Of a DNA stretch of 64,000 nucleotides, positions 10,783 to 20,317 are shown one piece after another. The position numbers were made by a program, and so were the translations under genes. How positions within the stretch are numbered: the first letter of the stretch is position 1; each line of letters starts with the position of its first letter. Source of the DNA: a virus (Duplodnaviria; Heunggongvirae; Uroviricota; Caudoviricetes); the IMG/VR virus record IMGVR_UViG_3300045988_150638. One strand, 5' to 3'. The notes beneath the pieces are model-generated. The model was not told the DNA's origin and did not search any database. It saw only the letters and a list, made by a program, of their open reading frames with translations.

Positions 10783-10977
10783 TCACTCTCCTTTAGTGCG
10801 CAAGTGGTTTTTCCAGCGGTTTTGCGCCGCGCTGGGCTTTTTGCAAAAACCACAATCCATCATCCCGTAATATTTCATCAACCCCATCCGTCGGTTGCTG
10901 AGTCTCACCCACTGCCAGACGCCAGGAGCGTTTCTACGAACTAACAGAATCTTTGCTTTACGGTTGTTGGTTGCCAT
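10783..10977 (-). CDS. hypothetical small basic protein
   Basis: 64 aa (MATNNRKAKILLVRR...KGE) with the same junction/RBS cassette; the longer listed ORF 10783..11313 overlaps the upstream gene and is less plausible. Confidence 0.4.
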   Translation of the reverse strand: MATNNRKAKILLVRRNAPGVWQWVRLSNRRMGLMKYYGMMDCGFCKKPSAAQNRWKNHLRTKGE

Positions 10978-10978
10978 A

Positions 10979-11599
10979 TCACTCTCCTTTGATGCGAATG
11001 CCAGCTGCGCTTGCTGATTCTTCATATGCGCGTTTAGCAGCGTTAAGGATTGCTGCCAGTGGCGTATAGCCGCCATCCATTCGGATTGTGTTGTGGATGC
11101 CAGCCATTGTGTTGCGCAATTTTCTGTGGCTAGCAGACAGTTCTGCAATGCGCTTCTCTGCGGCTTCCAGCTTCTCGCGCATATCGTCAACGTACTCGAC
11201 CAGAGAACGGCCAGCAGGAATTTCGCACTCCTCGACCAGTTGGAAGTAGATATCAGCTGCGGCCCGTGTGTTGCTATGCCTAGCGTCGCCCATCTCACCT
11301 TCACGAAGAGCATCGCGTTCGGCGGTAAGATTGGCTATTTTGCTGTCTTTGCCTTCCAGCTCAACGCGAAGCCTCCCTACCGTTAGCGCAATTTCCTCGT
11401 TCTCCTGGTCACGGCGTTTGATGTATTGCTGGTTTCTTTCCAGTTCATCCAACAATGCCAGCGCGATATCTGGCGAAAAGTGCTTCATAAAATCGTTAAG
11501 CGCATTAATTCGCTGATCGAAAGGCATTACAGGTGCTTCACCAGCAATTTTTGTTTTTTCAGCGATTTCACGAAGCTTTTGATAATCAATCTTGCTCAT
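10979..11599 (-). CDS. Ead/Ea22-like early protein, paralog 1
   Basis: 206 aa; N-terminus MSKIDYQKLREIAEK shared with two neighbouring genes; coiled-coil centre. Confidence 0.45.
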   Translation of the reverse strand: MSKIDYQKLREIAEKTKIAGEAPVMPFDQRINALNDFMKHFSPDIALALLDELERNQQYIKRRDQENEEIALTVGRLRVELEGKDSKIANLTAERDALREGEMGDARHSNTRAAADIYFQLVEECEIPAGRSLVEYVDDMREKLEAAEKRIAELSASHRKLRNTMAGIHNTIRMDGGYTPLAAILNAAKRAYEESASAAGIRIKGE

Positions 11600-12297
11600 T
11601 GGATGACTCCTTTACGAAGCTGTTCGGCGATATCTTCGAGAACGCCATCAGAGAATGAACGGTCAAAATCGCCTTCCGGCGCATTGGCCATAAACTCAGT
11701 AGAGGTAAGAATCATCCGGGCAATATCCGCAGCGTTCTTCGCAGTATCATCAATAAAACCAGCTTTCCAGGCTGCCAACATTCTGTTCGCCACAAAATAA
11801 GCGCCTTCCTTGCGTGCTTCAGTCTTCACTTCAGCTAGAAAAGCATCGGTAGCTGGAGTTTCGCTGTGGTGCAGGGCATCGTTGATAATCATTGCAGCAA
11901 CTCCGGCCTGCCCTGCATCCGTGACCGACACATGCTCAAGAGTTACGGCCATTGCGTGTTTCAGCCCGGCGTTCTCTGCCACCAGCGCCGCGAGATTAGT
12001 CTCAAGCTCTGCAATTCGACACATAGCATCAATATTTGTGTCCTCCAGGCACTTAATTTCACCAAGCAGCTCCAGTGCAACCTTTGGGTTGAACGCGGCA
12101 ACATGACGAGCGTTGTTCTCTGCATTTTTCTGTCCATCAAAGCCGGTCCATTTGATAACGTCTTCACATCGTTCATCACCGGGCGTGTGCACCGCATAAG
12201 TACCAGTCTCCGTCGAAATAAATGCGACCCATTCGTCTGGTGTTGCCTTTTCTGCCGCCTCACGCAGTACCTGATAGTCAATTGTCATTCTCGCCAT
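11596..12297 (-). CDS. Ead/Ea22-like early protein, paralog 2
   Basis: 233 aa; N-terminus MARMTIDYQVLREAAEKATPDEWVAFI; C-terminal ETPATDAFLAEV...EQLRKG shared with the 12926..13699 gene. Confidence 0.45.
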   Translation of the reverse strand: MARMTIDYQVLREAAEKATPDEWVAFISTETGTYAVHTPGDERCEDVIKWTGFDGQKNAENNARHVAAFNPKVALELLGEIKCLEDTNIDAMCRIAELETNLAALVAENAGLKHAMAVTLEHVSVTDAGQAGVAAMIINDALHHSETPATDAFLAEVKTEARKEGAYFVANRMLAAWKAGFIDDTAKNAADIARMILTSTEFMANAPEGDFDRSFSDGVLEDIAEQLRKGVIQ

Positions 12298-12929
12298 CCT
12301 TCACAGTTGTAATCACTACAGCCTTCAAAATCATATGGGCTGTACTGCCAGGTTATTTTTCCGCAATGCGGACAATTCCAACGCACCTTCCCGCTTCGCG
12401 ACTTCTTTCTTCTGTTCTGCTCTTCCAACCAGTCAGGCATGACCAAACCTGCGCCCTGAACCATTGTTCTGCGGTTAAAGTTATTGATATTGAACGTCCG
12501 GCGCTTTGCTGAATCAGCAATGGAAAATGGCAACCAAACTATTCCTGGTTCGTTTTTGTTGGCGACGCTAAAGATGGTCGCTTTACTGAAGTCATCTGTT
12601 GGCAATCCACCGTGTTGAAGCCAGTAAACATCGTTGCCGTTCCAGCTACCTTTTTTGTAGGCCACATACGCAGTGCAATCTGGCTCAATCAGGTTTTCTG
12701 TAGGGATGTACTGGCAATCAACGTGCCACACAGCCATTGCATCCACGCTATCAGCGCAAACAGGCTGATCGATATCTCGACCACAATTCCAGGCTTTTTG
12801 GGCTTCTTCCAGCGTGTAAACATGAGCGCGATCGATATTAGAACTGTAACCATTGCCGTTATGGCAATGGAATGAAGCGTTATTACCCACAGTTTCACGC
12901 AAGCACATCATGTAAAAGCGGTTATTCAC
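12285..12929 (-). CDS. hypothetical protein with C-terminal CxxC...C zinc-finger-like motif
   Basis: 214-aa ORF in operon; WNCPHCGK near the C-terminus. Confidence 0.4.
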   Translation of the reverse strand: MNNRFYMMCLRETVGNNASFHCHNGNGYSSNIDRAHVYTLEEAQKAWNCGRDIDQPVCADSVDAMAVWHVDCQYIPTENLIEPDCTAYVAYKKGSWNGNDVYWLQHGGLPTDDFSKATIFSVANKNEPGIVWLPFSIADSAKRRTFNINNFNRRTMVQGAGLVMPDWLEEQNRRKKSRSGKVRWNCPHCGKITWQYSPYDFEGCSDYNCEGWRE

Positions 12930-13699
12930 TGGCTGCCTCCTTTGCGAAGCTGGGCAGCAAAGTCAACTAACCACTCAGTCATTTCAACCTTCCCTACCAG
13001 GTCTGAACCAGGGTGCATACAGCAATCACTCTGCGCCGCTTTGAAATCCTTACACTCATATTCTTGGGCCACCAGATTTTTTGCAGCTTCTATAGCAGCA
13101 TCCACCCCCTGCGCCCGGACTTCAGCCAGGAAAGCGTCGGTGGCTGGGGTTTCGATATTAGGCAGAAGCGCATAATCGCAAATCGTATCGATCGCAGGAT
13201 CACAACAGTCATCCTCGTTGCGTGGTCGTTCGCCAACCTTCGTTGACGATTGCATGATGATTCCCCAGCAAATACTATCGACCTCTTCGCTCCATCCATC
13301 GCAAGCATCACCGCGATAGTCGTCGATTGCAGCCTCAGCCGATTCGATAGCTTCCTCAGCAGTTTTGTGCCATTCGAAATTATGCTCAGAGCCATATGAG
13401 AAATATGAATGTCCCGCCTTCAGCCCCGCATTCTCAGCAGCCAGCGCCGCGCACTTGGCCTCAAGAGCGGCAACCACTTCCTGATGGTCTTTGTACTTAA
13501 CGTATGAGCCGGAGATGTCATCACCTTCGGTGTTTAGCCATGCGTCATTGCAATTCACTGCGTAGGTTCTGATGCTCATGCTGATGCTCTCCCGCCTCTG
13601 ACAGACGCCAGGCCAGTCAATAAAGTATCCGCAATGCCTACCCTCAGACGTGCGCGCAGGATAAATGCCGTTATGACCGGCAAAATATATGCTACCCAT
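12926..13699 (-). CDS. Ead/Ea22-like paralog 3 (main frame); conserved N-terminus lies in a different frame at 13758..13576
   Basis: C-terminal ETPATDAFLAEVRAQ...AAQLRKGGSQ is paralogous to 11596..12297; the family N-terminus (SKINYQELREAAEQATQDEWVAYI) is encoded upstream in another frame. Confidence 0.4.
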   Translation of the reverse strand: MGSIYFAGHNGIYPARTSEGRHCGYFIDWPGVCQRRESISMSIRTYAVNCNDAWLNTEGDDISGSYVKYKDHQEVVAALEAKCAALAAENAGLKAGHSYFSYGSEHNFEWHKTAEEAIESAEAAIDDYRGDACDGWSEEVDSICWGIIMQSSTKVGERPRNEDDCCDPAIDTICDYALLPNIETPATDAFLAEVRAQGVDAAIEAAKNLVAQEYECKDFKAAQSDCCMHPGSDLVGKVEMTEWLVDFAAQLRKGGSQ

Positions 13700-13744
13700 T
13701 CATCTTGCGTTGCCTGTTCCGCCGCCTCGCGCAGTTCTTGATAG

Positions 13745-14332
13745 TTAATTTTGCTCACTGGTTGCCCCCTGAATACGCTTAAACTCGATTACCCACACCC
13801 AAGGATTAGCGTTCCAACTATCTTCGCCATAAATTGATTTCCATAGGCTACGGAAACTTGGGTAATGCTTATCGCCAATGAGGGTCGATTCTGTTGGTGC
13901 GCCCTCAGCCCTTGCATCGCATTCGCTGATATCGTTCAACCGCTCAACGCGCACGTTGGTAATTTCCAGAAGAATGCGCGATGCCCAGCGCGGCATGTGA
14001 ATTGATGGCGTCCACTTTTCTGATACTGGTTTATTACAAACCTCGACCGGAACCCGGTGCGTTTGTTCTGTCCAGGAGTTACGCACGCTTGCGCGATAAA
14101 CCAGCGTTGCGACGTCCGTCGCTTTGCCATGTACCCGGTAGGTTTCGCGAACCCAAATACGATCGCCCGGCTGACCATATGGACAATGCTTGGCAAGCAA
14201 CTCTGCGGCTACTGCCCGTCCATAGAATTTTTCTTCAACAATCCTGCGAGTCTGTGTTTTATTCCCGCCAAGAATTGCCCGGACCATCTCATCGTTAAAA
14301 ATCATGCCGCGCTCTTTCACTTCGCCTTTCAT
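13745..14332 (-). CDS. hypothetical protein, possibly ASCH-like
   Basis: 195 aa; N-terminal MIFNDEMVRAILGGNKTQTRR resembles ASCH-type phage proteins; weak. Confidence 0.35.
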   Translation of the reverse strand: MKGEVKERGMIFNDEMVRAILGGNKTQTRRIVEEKFYGRAVAAELLAKHCPYGQPGDRIWVRETYRVHGKATDVATLVYRASVRNSWTEQTHRVPVEVCNKPVSEKWTPSIHMPRWASRILLEITNVRVERLNDISECDARAEGAPTESTLIGDKHYPSFRSLWKSIYGEDSWNANPWVWVIEFKRIQGATSEQN

Positions 14333-14341
14333 ACATCACCC

Positions 14342-14428
14342 TTACCCATGTGCGACGATGCCGCCAAAAGTGATAGAGAACAGCCAGAAATAGATCGCGG
14401 CCATAATGATTTTGAATGCCGTGTTCAT
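14342..14428 (-). CDS. 28-aa hydrophobic peptide (MNTAFKIIMAAIYFWLFSITFGGIVAHG)
   Basis: AGGAG RBS 8 nt upstream; preceded on the same strand by a C1-operator-like site and an 8-bp perfect hairpin (14458..14478). Confidence 0.3.
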   Translation of the reverse strand: MNTAFKIIMAAIYFWLFSITFGGIVAHG

Positions 14429-14510
14429 ATTTTCAGCTCCTGTGATTGATTGGATACATGCCGCGCCTTGCGGCATGTTTTAATTTTCACTTTCTCTGTT
14501 TTAAAAATCA

Positions 14511-14527
14511 AGATTTATTAGAGCAAT
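14511..14527 (-). promoter_or_regulatory. C1-operator-like site (agatttattagagcaat, 1 mismatch)
   Basis: 16/17 match to the recurrent 17-mer; overlaps the stop codon of the upstream gene. Confidence 0.5.
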
Positions 14528-15033
14528 TATTGTTGATGAAGAAGTGCATTTTCATATTCCCTGACCATTAACGTAAGTACGCCGTGACTCCTGAAAACAC
14601 GCGCCACTTCAATCTTATCTTCCAGCGCGAACGCAATTTTACTTAGACCAATTTTCTTCAGGAGATCAATCTTTGCAGGGCCGTCATTTCTGTCATCGGT
14701 GGCAGGACGCATAGATAGCAAAGGCTCAGCCCCATTTGTTACGTGCTTACGCAACCAAGCTCGTGTTTTATCCCTGGCTATCTCACAGCGCCCGGTTACA
14801 AACCAGAGCGTGTAAATGCTGGACAACTGGCGCACCATATCAATAACTGGAGTGATGGGAGCATCAGTGTCACAGGCAAGGTTAAACTCGTTCCAGTGCT
14901 CTGTTAATGCACCTTTGCCAGGTGGTGGAAGTAAATGCAGCCTGTCTTCCGTTGCCTCTGATATCGTTCCATCAATATCTACTATGACGATGTACGGACG
15001 TTCCTGGTGTGCGTGTTTATTGAAAATACTCAA
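14527..15033 (-). CDS. pap: HAD-superfamily phosphatase (Pap-like)
   Basis: 168 aa; motif I VDIDGT typical of HAD phosphatases; position matches P1 pap. Confidence 0.5.
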   Translation of the reverse strand: MSIFNKHAHQERPYIVIVDIDGTISEATEDRLHLLPPPGKGALTEHWNEFNLACDTDAPITPVIDMVRQLSSIYTLWFVTGRCEIARDKTRAWLRKHVTNGAEPLLSMRPATDDRNDGPAKIDLLKKIGLSKIAFALEDKIEVARVFRSHGVLTLMVREYENALLHQQ

Positions 15034-15105
15034 ATGCCCTCCTCATTGGACGAAAAAAATGCTGGTGGGCGCACTCCACCAGCATTAAAAGTGACACTGT
15101 AACTA

Positions 15106-16368
15106 TCAGCGAACGTAAATAGTGCCGCCGTTCTCTTTTTCCCATGCATCGCTACGTGCATAGCAAACATCGAGAAGTCTTCTTGCCGCAGTTTCCTCTA
15201 AACCCAATTCGACAACCAACTGCTCATGACGGCGGGTAACCACATCAAACAGGGTATGCAGCCCTTTAGTTGCCAGATCATCAATGAATTCCGGTTCGAA
15301 CGGCAGCTCTGCATCTGCCAACATAACCTCTTGCGCCCACTCAACTCGACGGACCAGTTCCGGGCGGCGGCTTTCCATCTCTTTACAGATCAATTCATGG
15401 AAGAACTCTACCCAACCTTCCGGCTGGAACTCGCGGAAAATTGCCAACGGCTGGAAGTTTGGCATCAACCATTCGTTGATTCGGATATCAATGGCATAGC
15501 CCATGTCGCAGCAGAACTGATAAGCAAAGTCCAGCTTAGAAACGATATAAGGACGCTCGTTATTGAACTCTTTAGGCGATGAGATCCCATAAGCCAGGAG
15601 GCGCGGGAAGAAGGAGATTTGCCCTAACGTCGGATGAAGTTTGCTTGCAGGGAAACGGCGCTCAGTAATGCCATACATTTCCTTCTTGAGCGTCGCAAAT
15701 TTGGCATTCTCATTAACCAGCGCGGTAACCTCTGCTTTTTTATTAGCAAATGCCACGCGCGCCTCGCTTGCATCTTTAATAGTTTTTTTGAGCTGTTGGT
15801 TAAGGTCGGCGACCTGCTTACGCAGTTCCTGTCGCTCGCTTTTAGCTTTGTTATAGCGTTTCTCAAGGTTAAAAGGATCAAGTTTCATGATCTCTTTATA
15901 TTGAGATTTTAGCGTTGAAATCTGTGAGTTCCGCAGTTCAACCATCGCGGTCATTTCATTGAGTTTTGTTTCCAGCTCAATGCTTATACGTTCGGCATTA
16001 TCAGCTCGCTGGTTGGCGTCATGCGTCGCATCGTCGATCGCGTCCTGTTGCTGGCGTTTCAAATGTTCAATTTGCAGCTGAAGCTCTTCAATTTCTTTAC
16101 CCTTCAGACCGAGATCCAACTGCATATTTTCAGCTGCATCTACCAGGGAGTTATGGCTATCAGCTTCTGCGTTATAAACATCAATAAGCTGTGCGTGAAG
16201 CATCTCCGCTGACTGAACCGCATTATCAAAAAAACGTGCTGTGAGGTCATCACAACTAACGCGGCGTTGCGCGGCCCGGATGTTCTGGATAATGGCCGGG
16301 ATACCGGCATTCAGGACATCAGGGATAGATACATTTTCGATTGATTGGTTTTGTGCTGAAGTGCTCAT
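15106..16368 (-). CDS. hypothetical protein with long central coiled coil
   Basis: 420-aa ORF; repeated Q/E/K-rich heptads. Confidence 0.5.
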   Translation of the reverse strand: MSTSAQNQSIENVSIPDVLNAGIPAIIQNIRAAQRRVSCDDLTARFFDNAVQSAEMLHAQLIDVYNAEADSHNSLVDAAENMQLDLGLKGKEIEELQLQIEHLKRQQQDAIDDATHDANQRADNAERISIELETKLNEMTAMVELRNSQISTLKSQYKEIMKLDPFNLEKRYNKAKSERQELRKQVADLNQQLKKTIKDASEARVAFANKKAEVTALVNENAKFATLKKEMYGITERRFPASKLHPTLGQISFFPRLLAYGISSPKEFNNERPYIVSKLDFAYQFCCDMGYAIDIRINEWLMPNFQPLAIFREFQPEGWVEFFHELICKEMESRRPELVRRVEWAQEVMLADAELPFEPEFIDDLATKGLHTLFDVVTRRHEQLVVELGLEETAARRLLDVCYARSDAWEKENGGTIYVR

Positions 16369-16369
16369 T

Positions 16370-16588
16370 TCAAAGTTCCGTATTAGCTTGTGCTTCGGTC
16401 ATTTTTCCTAAGTATGAAGGAGGAAGGACTACGCAATTTGTATCCAGTCCCTCACCTATGGCAGCCTGTAAAATTCTGGCTAAGGTGAGTCTCTTGTTGC
16501 GATACCTGGTGATGACATGCCTGATACCGCCGGTCGGCGTAACAAAGGCGATCAGCCAGTAGTGATATTTCCGTCGGAATGGCCACAT
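16370..16588 (-). CDS. hypothetical small protein
   Basis: 72-aa ORF immediately upstream of 15106..16368. Confidence 0.35.
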   Translation of the reverse strand: MWPFRRKYHYWLIAFVTPTGGIRHVITRYRNKRLTLARILQAAIGEGLDTNCVVLPPSYLGKMTEAQANTEL

Positions 16589-16602
16589 AGTGCACCTTGT
16601 AA

Positions 16603-16668
16603 ATTGCTCTAATAAAAAACGTGATGAGTGTACATCACGTTTTAAAAATATGGAATTATTAGAGCAAT
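16603..16668. promoter_or_regulatory. pair of inverted C1-operator-like sites (16603..16619 and 16652..16668) flanking a hairpin (16616..16643) that can act as a minus-strand terminator
   Basis: attgctctaataaaaaa and ggaattattagagcaat; stem cgtgatg/catcacg followed by a T-run on the minus strand. Confidence 0.45.
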
Positions 16669-16669
16669 A

Positions 16670-17371
16670 TTATTCTGATACTTGCTCAAAAAACGAGCTG
16701 GTAAGGGGAATCCAATCCTCTGACACTTCGCGAGGTCGCGGTTTGCCGTGGAAAAAGATTATTCGGCAGTCTTTTGGTAATGCCCCATTCCCCCTGGAGT
16801 AACGCGCGCTCGCATATTTCGAACCAGGTTCCACAACATCGGCCTTGTAACTTACAAACCATCCCGGATACAGATCCTGAAATGCTGGTGTATCATCACC
16901 CATAACCTTCCGCAAAAACCCCTGATCACCCCAGCATTCAGTAGTAACACAACGAGCAATCCAACCTTCCGGATCTTGCCAGAATGCACTCCAGATATGC
17001 GCTTTTACACTATTTGGTATCCACAGGGCACCGCTGCCACGATATTGTGGATGGTAAAAATCCCTAAGCATGGTGAAGTTGGTTGGTGGATTCTCTAGGA
17101 TTGGGTGTATATCACCGGCAATAACCGTGTCCAAATCCAGATAGAACAGATCATCGGTTATATCCGGTCGGAACAACTCGATTTTCGCCCACCAGCCACG
17201 GCACTTTTGCCACTGGTTGATCAATGGGATAACTTTGACGCCAGGTACATGTAAACACTTCAGGTCTGTCAGGCAAATAATTTCATAGTCTTTTGGCAGT
17301 TGATTAACCAGCCACTGCACATCGGAAGCGTTATAGTCACCACCAGAGCGAAGAACTAAAGCAATCTTCAT
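16670..17371 (-). CDS. hypothetical protein, possible nucleotide-sugar transferase-like fold (DxD motif)
   Basis: 233 aa; N-terminal Rossmann-like [12 protein letters not shown] and LDLD motif; weak. Confidence 0.35.
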   Translation of the reverse strand: MKIALVLRSGGDYNASDVQWLVNQLPKDYEIICLTDLKCLHVPGVKVIPLINQWQKCRGWWAKIELFRPDITDDLFYLDLDTVIAGDIHPILENPPTNFTMLRDFYHPQYRGSGALWIPNSVKAHIWSAFWQDPEGWIARCVTTECWGDQGFLRKVMGDDTPAFQDLYPGWFVSYKADVVEPGSKYASARYSRGNGALPKDCRIIFFHGKPRPREVSEDWIPLTSSFFEQVSE

Positions 17372-18060
17372 GCTGCACCATCACCTTTCACTTTCTTCAA
17401 TGTCAGGTTTCCGCAAAATACGGCACCTGTGTCGATATAATGCTGATTCCAGAATGTCTTCGGGCTTTTCACCGGAGTGTGACCAAAGATAAAACGATCT
17501 GCGCCCGAAATTTCGCCACCAATATCATCCATCGAATCACTGATACGCTCGCGCGCCCAGACAACGTTGAAAAGCGGCACCTCCTTACCGAATTGATATT
17601 CATTATCCGGATAGTCGGCATGGGCTATAACGATAGTTTCTTGCCCGGTGTTCAACTCAATGATATAGGGCAGTCGTCTTACCAACTCCACCAGCGCCCT
17701 GGCTAATATTTCCTGATCAGCGTCCAGCATGAAGAACCATTGACCGCCATTCATTAGCCAGTTATTCACGTTGCCATCAGGACTTAACGCATCGAGCATC
17801 AACAGCTCATGGTTCCCCACTACTGCCCTGAACCAGGGCATCTGCAATAGTTCCAGACATTCGACATTTTCAGTACCGCGATCGATAAGGTCGCCGACCG
17901 ATATCAGTAAATCCTGCGCCGGGTCAAAATCCACACGATGGAGTTCGGACATCAGTCTGGTGTAGCAACCATGCAGATCACCAACAACCCAGACATTCCT
18001 GTATTTGGTACCGTCGATACGGTGATAAATTGTGGGTGCCATCATGTATTCTTCAGCCAT
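17368..18060 (-). CDS. ppp: Ser/Thr protein phosphatase (lambda-PPase family)
   Basis: 230 aa; metallophosphatase motifs GDLHG, GDLIDRG, GNHE. Confidence 0.8.
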   Translation of the reverse strand: MAEEYMMAPTIYHRIDGTKYRNVWVVGDLHGCYTRLMSELHRVDFDPAQDLLISVGDLIDRGTENVECLELLQMPWFRAVVGNHELLMLDALSPDGNVNNWLMNGGQWFFMLDADQEILARALVELVRRLPYIIELNTGQETIVIAHADYPDNEYQFGKEVPLFNVVWARERISDSMDDIGGEISGADRFIFGHTPVKSPKTFWNQHYIDTGAVFCGNLTLKKVKGDGAA

Positions 18061-18668
18061 TCTTTAAGAGTCATCTGCGGAATACCTCCCATTTTCCCGC
18101 ATGAAACAACGTCAATCTGTTCACGCGCAGACTGGAATAACAAAGGCAGGTGACTTAGATTTTTTGGCGTGCCGCCGGAGTGAACGCGTAGTTCTTGCGT
18201 AGCGTCAACGCCCACCAGGGCTACATGTTTGAATCCGATATGGAAAGCCAGGTTCAGAGCACCATATGCACTATTGCCGCTGGCAATTTCATTCTCATCT
18301 TCGCAAAGGCCGAAATGTGCGGACCAGCGCCACGCCCACCACTCGGGAGAATTCGTATTTTTTGGCTCTGTGCCGCGTTCAGCCACACGACGGAAGCACA
18401 GAATGCCGTCTCTGACTTCACGTTCTTTAACATCGGGTAGTGCCATGCAATAACAAACACCACGGCGACGGCGGCCACGACCAACGCGCCGCATATTGTC
18501 TGGCGATGGATCAAGTGTGAAAAAATAAGAAGCGCGGTTAAGCCAGTCGATAGCACCATTGACCGCTATAATCGGCACTCCGCGCGGCGCAACAAAGTTT
18601 GCGGCGCTTGGGCCACTGCCGACGATAATAACGCGATCACTGCCTCTAAATTTATTCTTGGGAAACAT
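18042..18668 (-). CDS. DUF115/MptE-like (Maf-like) protein, paralog B
   Basis: 208 aa; VGSGPS and IAVN motifs; paralogous to 18566..19228. Confidence 0.4.
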   Translation of the reverse strand: MFPKNKFRGSDRVIIVGSGPSAANFVAPRGVPIIAVNGAIDWLNRASYFFTLDPSPDNMRRVGRGRRRRGVCYCMALPDVKEREVRDGILCFRRVAERGTEPKNTNSPEWWAWRWSAHFGLCEDENEIASGNSAYGALNLAFHIGFKHVALVGVDATQELRVHSGGTPKNLSHLPLLFQSAREQIDVVSCGKMGGIPQMTLKEWLKNT

Positions 18669-19228
18669 TGAATTGCACTGCTCCTACTTGCATTCAAAAT
18701 ATGTAAATCTGCGTGTTTTTTGCGGGTATCCAGGAACTGCTGTTGCCATTTTGAAATAGACACCTGCGTTGGATTCCGTAGGGCTTGAGGGTGCGCACCA
18801 TGCCAATGAAGGCCGTTTTGCAGAGAACAGTCATAGCCGACTAATACCACTACTTCAGCCCCTGATTCAGCAGCCAGACTGATAGCCTGCGCGCCGCTAT
18901 TTACCCCTTCCGCCGGTCCACAATATCGCCTGTACTCCAACGAAAATGATTTCGCCGCCGCCAGGTTGGCTGTCACTTTGCGGAACCTCCCTCCCGGTAT
19001 GGTGGAACCGTATTGCTTCCACCATGACAAATCACCGGCGTATAAGGCATAAATGTCATCGAACATCAGCCAGGAATTGTTAACCGCAATGATTGAACAG
19101 CCAGTTTTTTCTATAGCAGCACAGTCCTCACGAGTGAGTGACGGACCGCTACCGACACAAAAAACAGTCCTAGTCGCCCTGGGTGGTATGTTCATTCTCA
19201 GCTGCAAATTCAGCCTCCAGGCGAGCAT
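18566..19228 (-). CDS. DUF115/MptE-like (Maf-like) protein, paralog A
   Basis: 220 aa; VGSGPS...IAVN...GYD; 3' end overlaps the downstream paralog by about 100 nt. Confidence 0.4.
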   Translation of the reverse strand: MLAWRLNLQLRMNIPPRATRTVFCVGSGPSLTREDCAAIEKTGCSIIAVNNSWLMFDDIYALYAGDLSWWKQYGSTIPGGRFRKVTANLAAAKSFSLEYRRYCGPAEGVNSGAQAISLAAESGAEVVVLVGYDCSLQNGLHWHGAHPQALRNPTQVSISKWQQQFLDTRKKHADLHILNASRSSAIQCFPRINLEAVIALLSSAVAQAPQTLLRRAECRL

Positions 19229-19391
19229 TCATTTCAGCGATTACCGGGTCCACTTCAGCATCTGCTTCCTGTTCATTACGCGGCATGATCGATGCCAGCG
19301 ATTCATAATTAACCTTGAATGACACTATTATTCTCCCGATGTTAATGTGCGCTATATCAAAGAGCACATGTGCACTAATTAATTTATTATT

Positions 19392-19970
19392 TTAAGCAGC
19401 ATACAACCACTTGTCGCCGTTCAATACATGCTCAATAGCCTCACCCTTTTTAAGGCTTATGTATTCCAGGATGGCGGTTATCGCTTGTTCTGCACCATAC
19501 GCAAGAACGACGTAGTAACCTTCCTCTCCAAGCCTGCGCATCCAGGCGATCTGCTCTTTCGTCGGGGCTTTACCATTTGGTTCTTTAAGCTCAATTCGCA
19601 TGCCGTGATAAATACCGCATGCTTTATCGAGACTCATGTCCGGATAACCTTTTTTCTGCCCTTCAGCCTTCATTTTCCCGGCGGTTGCTTTTGAACGTTT
19701 CCCTCCGTTAGGCGTTGCATGCAACAGCTCATAGATGTCAGGGTGCTTGCGTTCGAAGTAATCAAAAATGAAAACCTGCTCGAAGTGCTCGCAATTTCCG
19801 TCGCGCAGGTCTGGGTTCTTTGCCAGTGCTGCAAGTGCCTTCGCATGTGGAGAAACTTCTTTTACCGGCGCAAGCGATAAGAATGGATCCTTTTTGGTTT
19901 TTGGCCTGGACCGCCCCTTATTTCGACGCTCACTAAAAGCCTGAAACTCTTCCTCAGTAAAGCGCAACAC
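19392..19970 (-). CDS. VRR-NUC domain nuclease-like protein
   Basis: 192 aa; C-terminal GYPDMSLDK...GMRIELKEPNGK...W resembles VRR-NUC. Confidence 0.45.
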   Translation of the reverse strand: MLRFTEEEFQAFSERRNKGRSRPKTKKDPFLSLAPVKEVSPHAKALAALAKNPDLRDGNCEHFEQVFIFDYFERKHPDIYELLHATPNGGKRSKATAGKMKAEGQKKGYPDMSLDKACGIYHGMRIELKEPNGKAPTKEQIAWMRRLGEEGYYVVLAYGAEQAITAILEYISLKKGEAIEHVLNGDKWLYAA

Positions 19971-19972
19971 AA

Positions 19973-20218
19973 TCAGTCAAATCCTGCCGGTCGCATGCCA
20001 TATTTACGCTGTTTTGCGGCCTGCTCTTCCCTGTGCCATTGCGCACACTCAGCGTCACAATAGATGCCTGATTCAATCGGTTCATTGCAGTAACGACACT
20101 TCCCTGTAAATACCTGACTCACGACCTGTGCCTGCTTTCTGATGTTATCGATGGCCATGTCTTTGAGAGCTTCTAACTGATTCATGCTCAGCTCTGCATC
20201 ATCAACACGCTCTGCCAA
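19973..20218 (-). CDS. TraR/DksA-type C4 zinc-finger protein
   Basis: 81 aa; CRYCNEPI...CDAEC; first gene of the leftward early operon. Confidence 0.4.
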   Translation of the reverse strand: MAERVDDAELSMNQLEALKDMAIDNIRKQAQVVSQVFTGKCRYCNEPIESGIYCDAECAQWHREEQAAKQRKYGMRPAGFD

Positions 20219-20275
20219 TTTTGTTTCCTCATGAAGAACCTACTTAAGGGCAGAATGATACATTTCACAACCAAA

Positions 20276-20292
20276 ATTGCACTAATAATTTT
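20276..20292 (+). promoter_or_regulatory. C1-operator-like site (attgcactaataatttt, 2 mismatches) in divergent promoter region
   Basis: 15/17 match; in the intergenic region between the leftward early operon and the rightward structural operon. Confidence 0.45.
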
Positions 20293-20317
20293 CTTTTATT
20301 GAGTTAAATAATCAACA

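Noticed and set aside
10783-11313. 176-aa minus-strand ORF listed in the ORF track
   Set aside because: Its first two thirds overlap the Ead-like gene 10979..11599 in another frame; only the last 64 codons, which have their own RBS/junction cassette, are taken as a gene.
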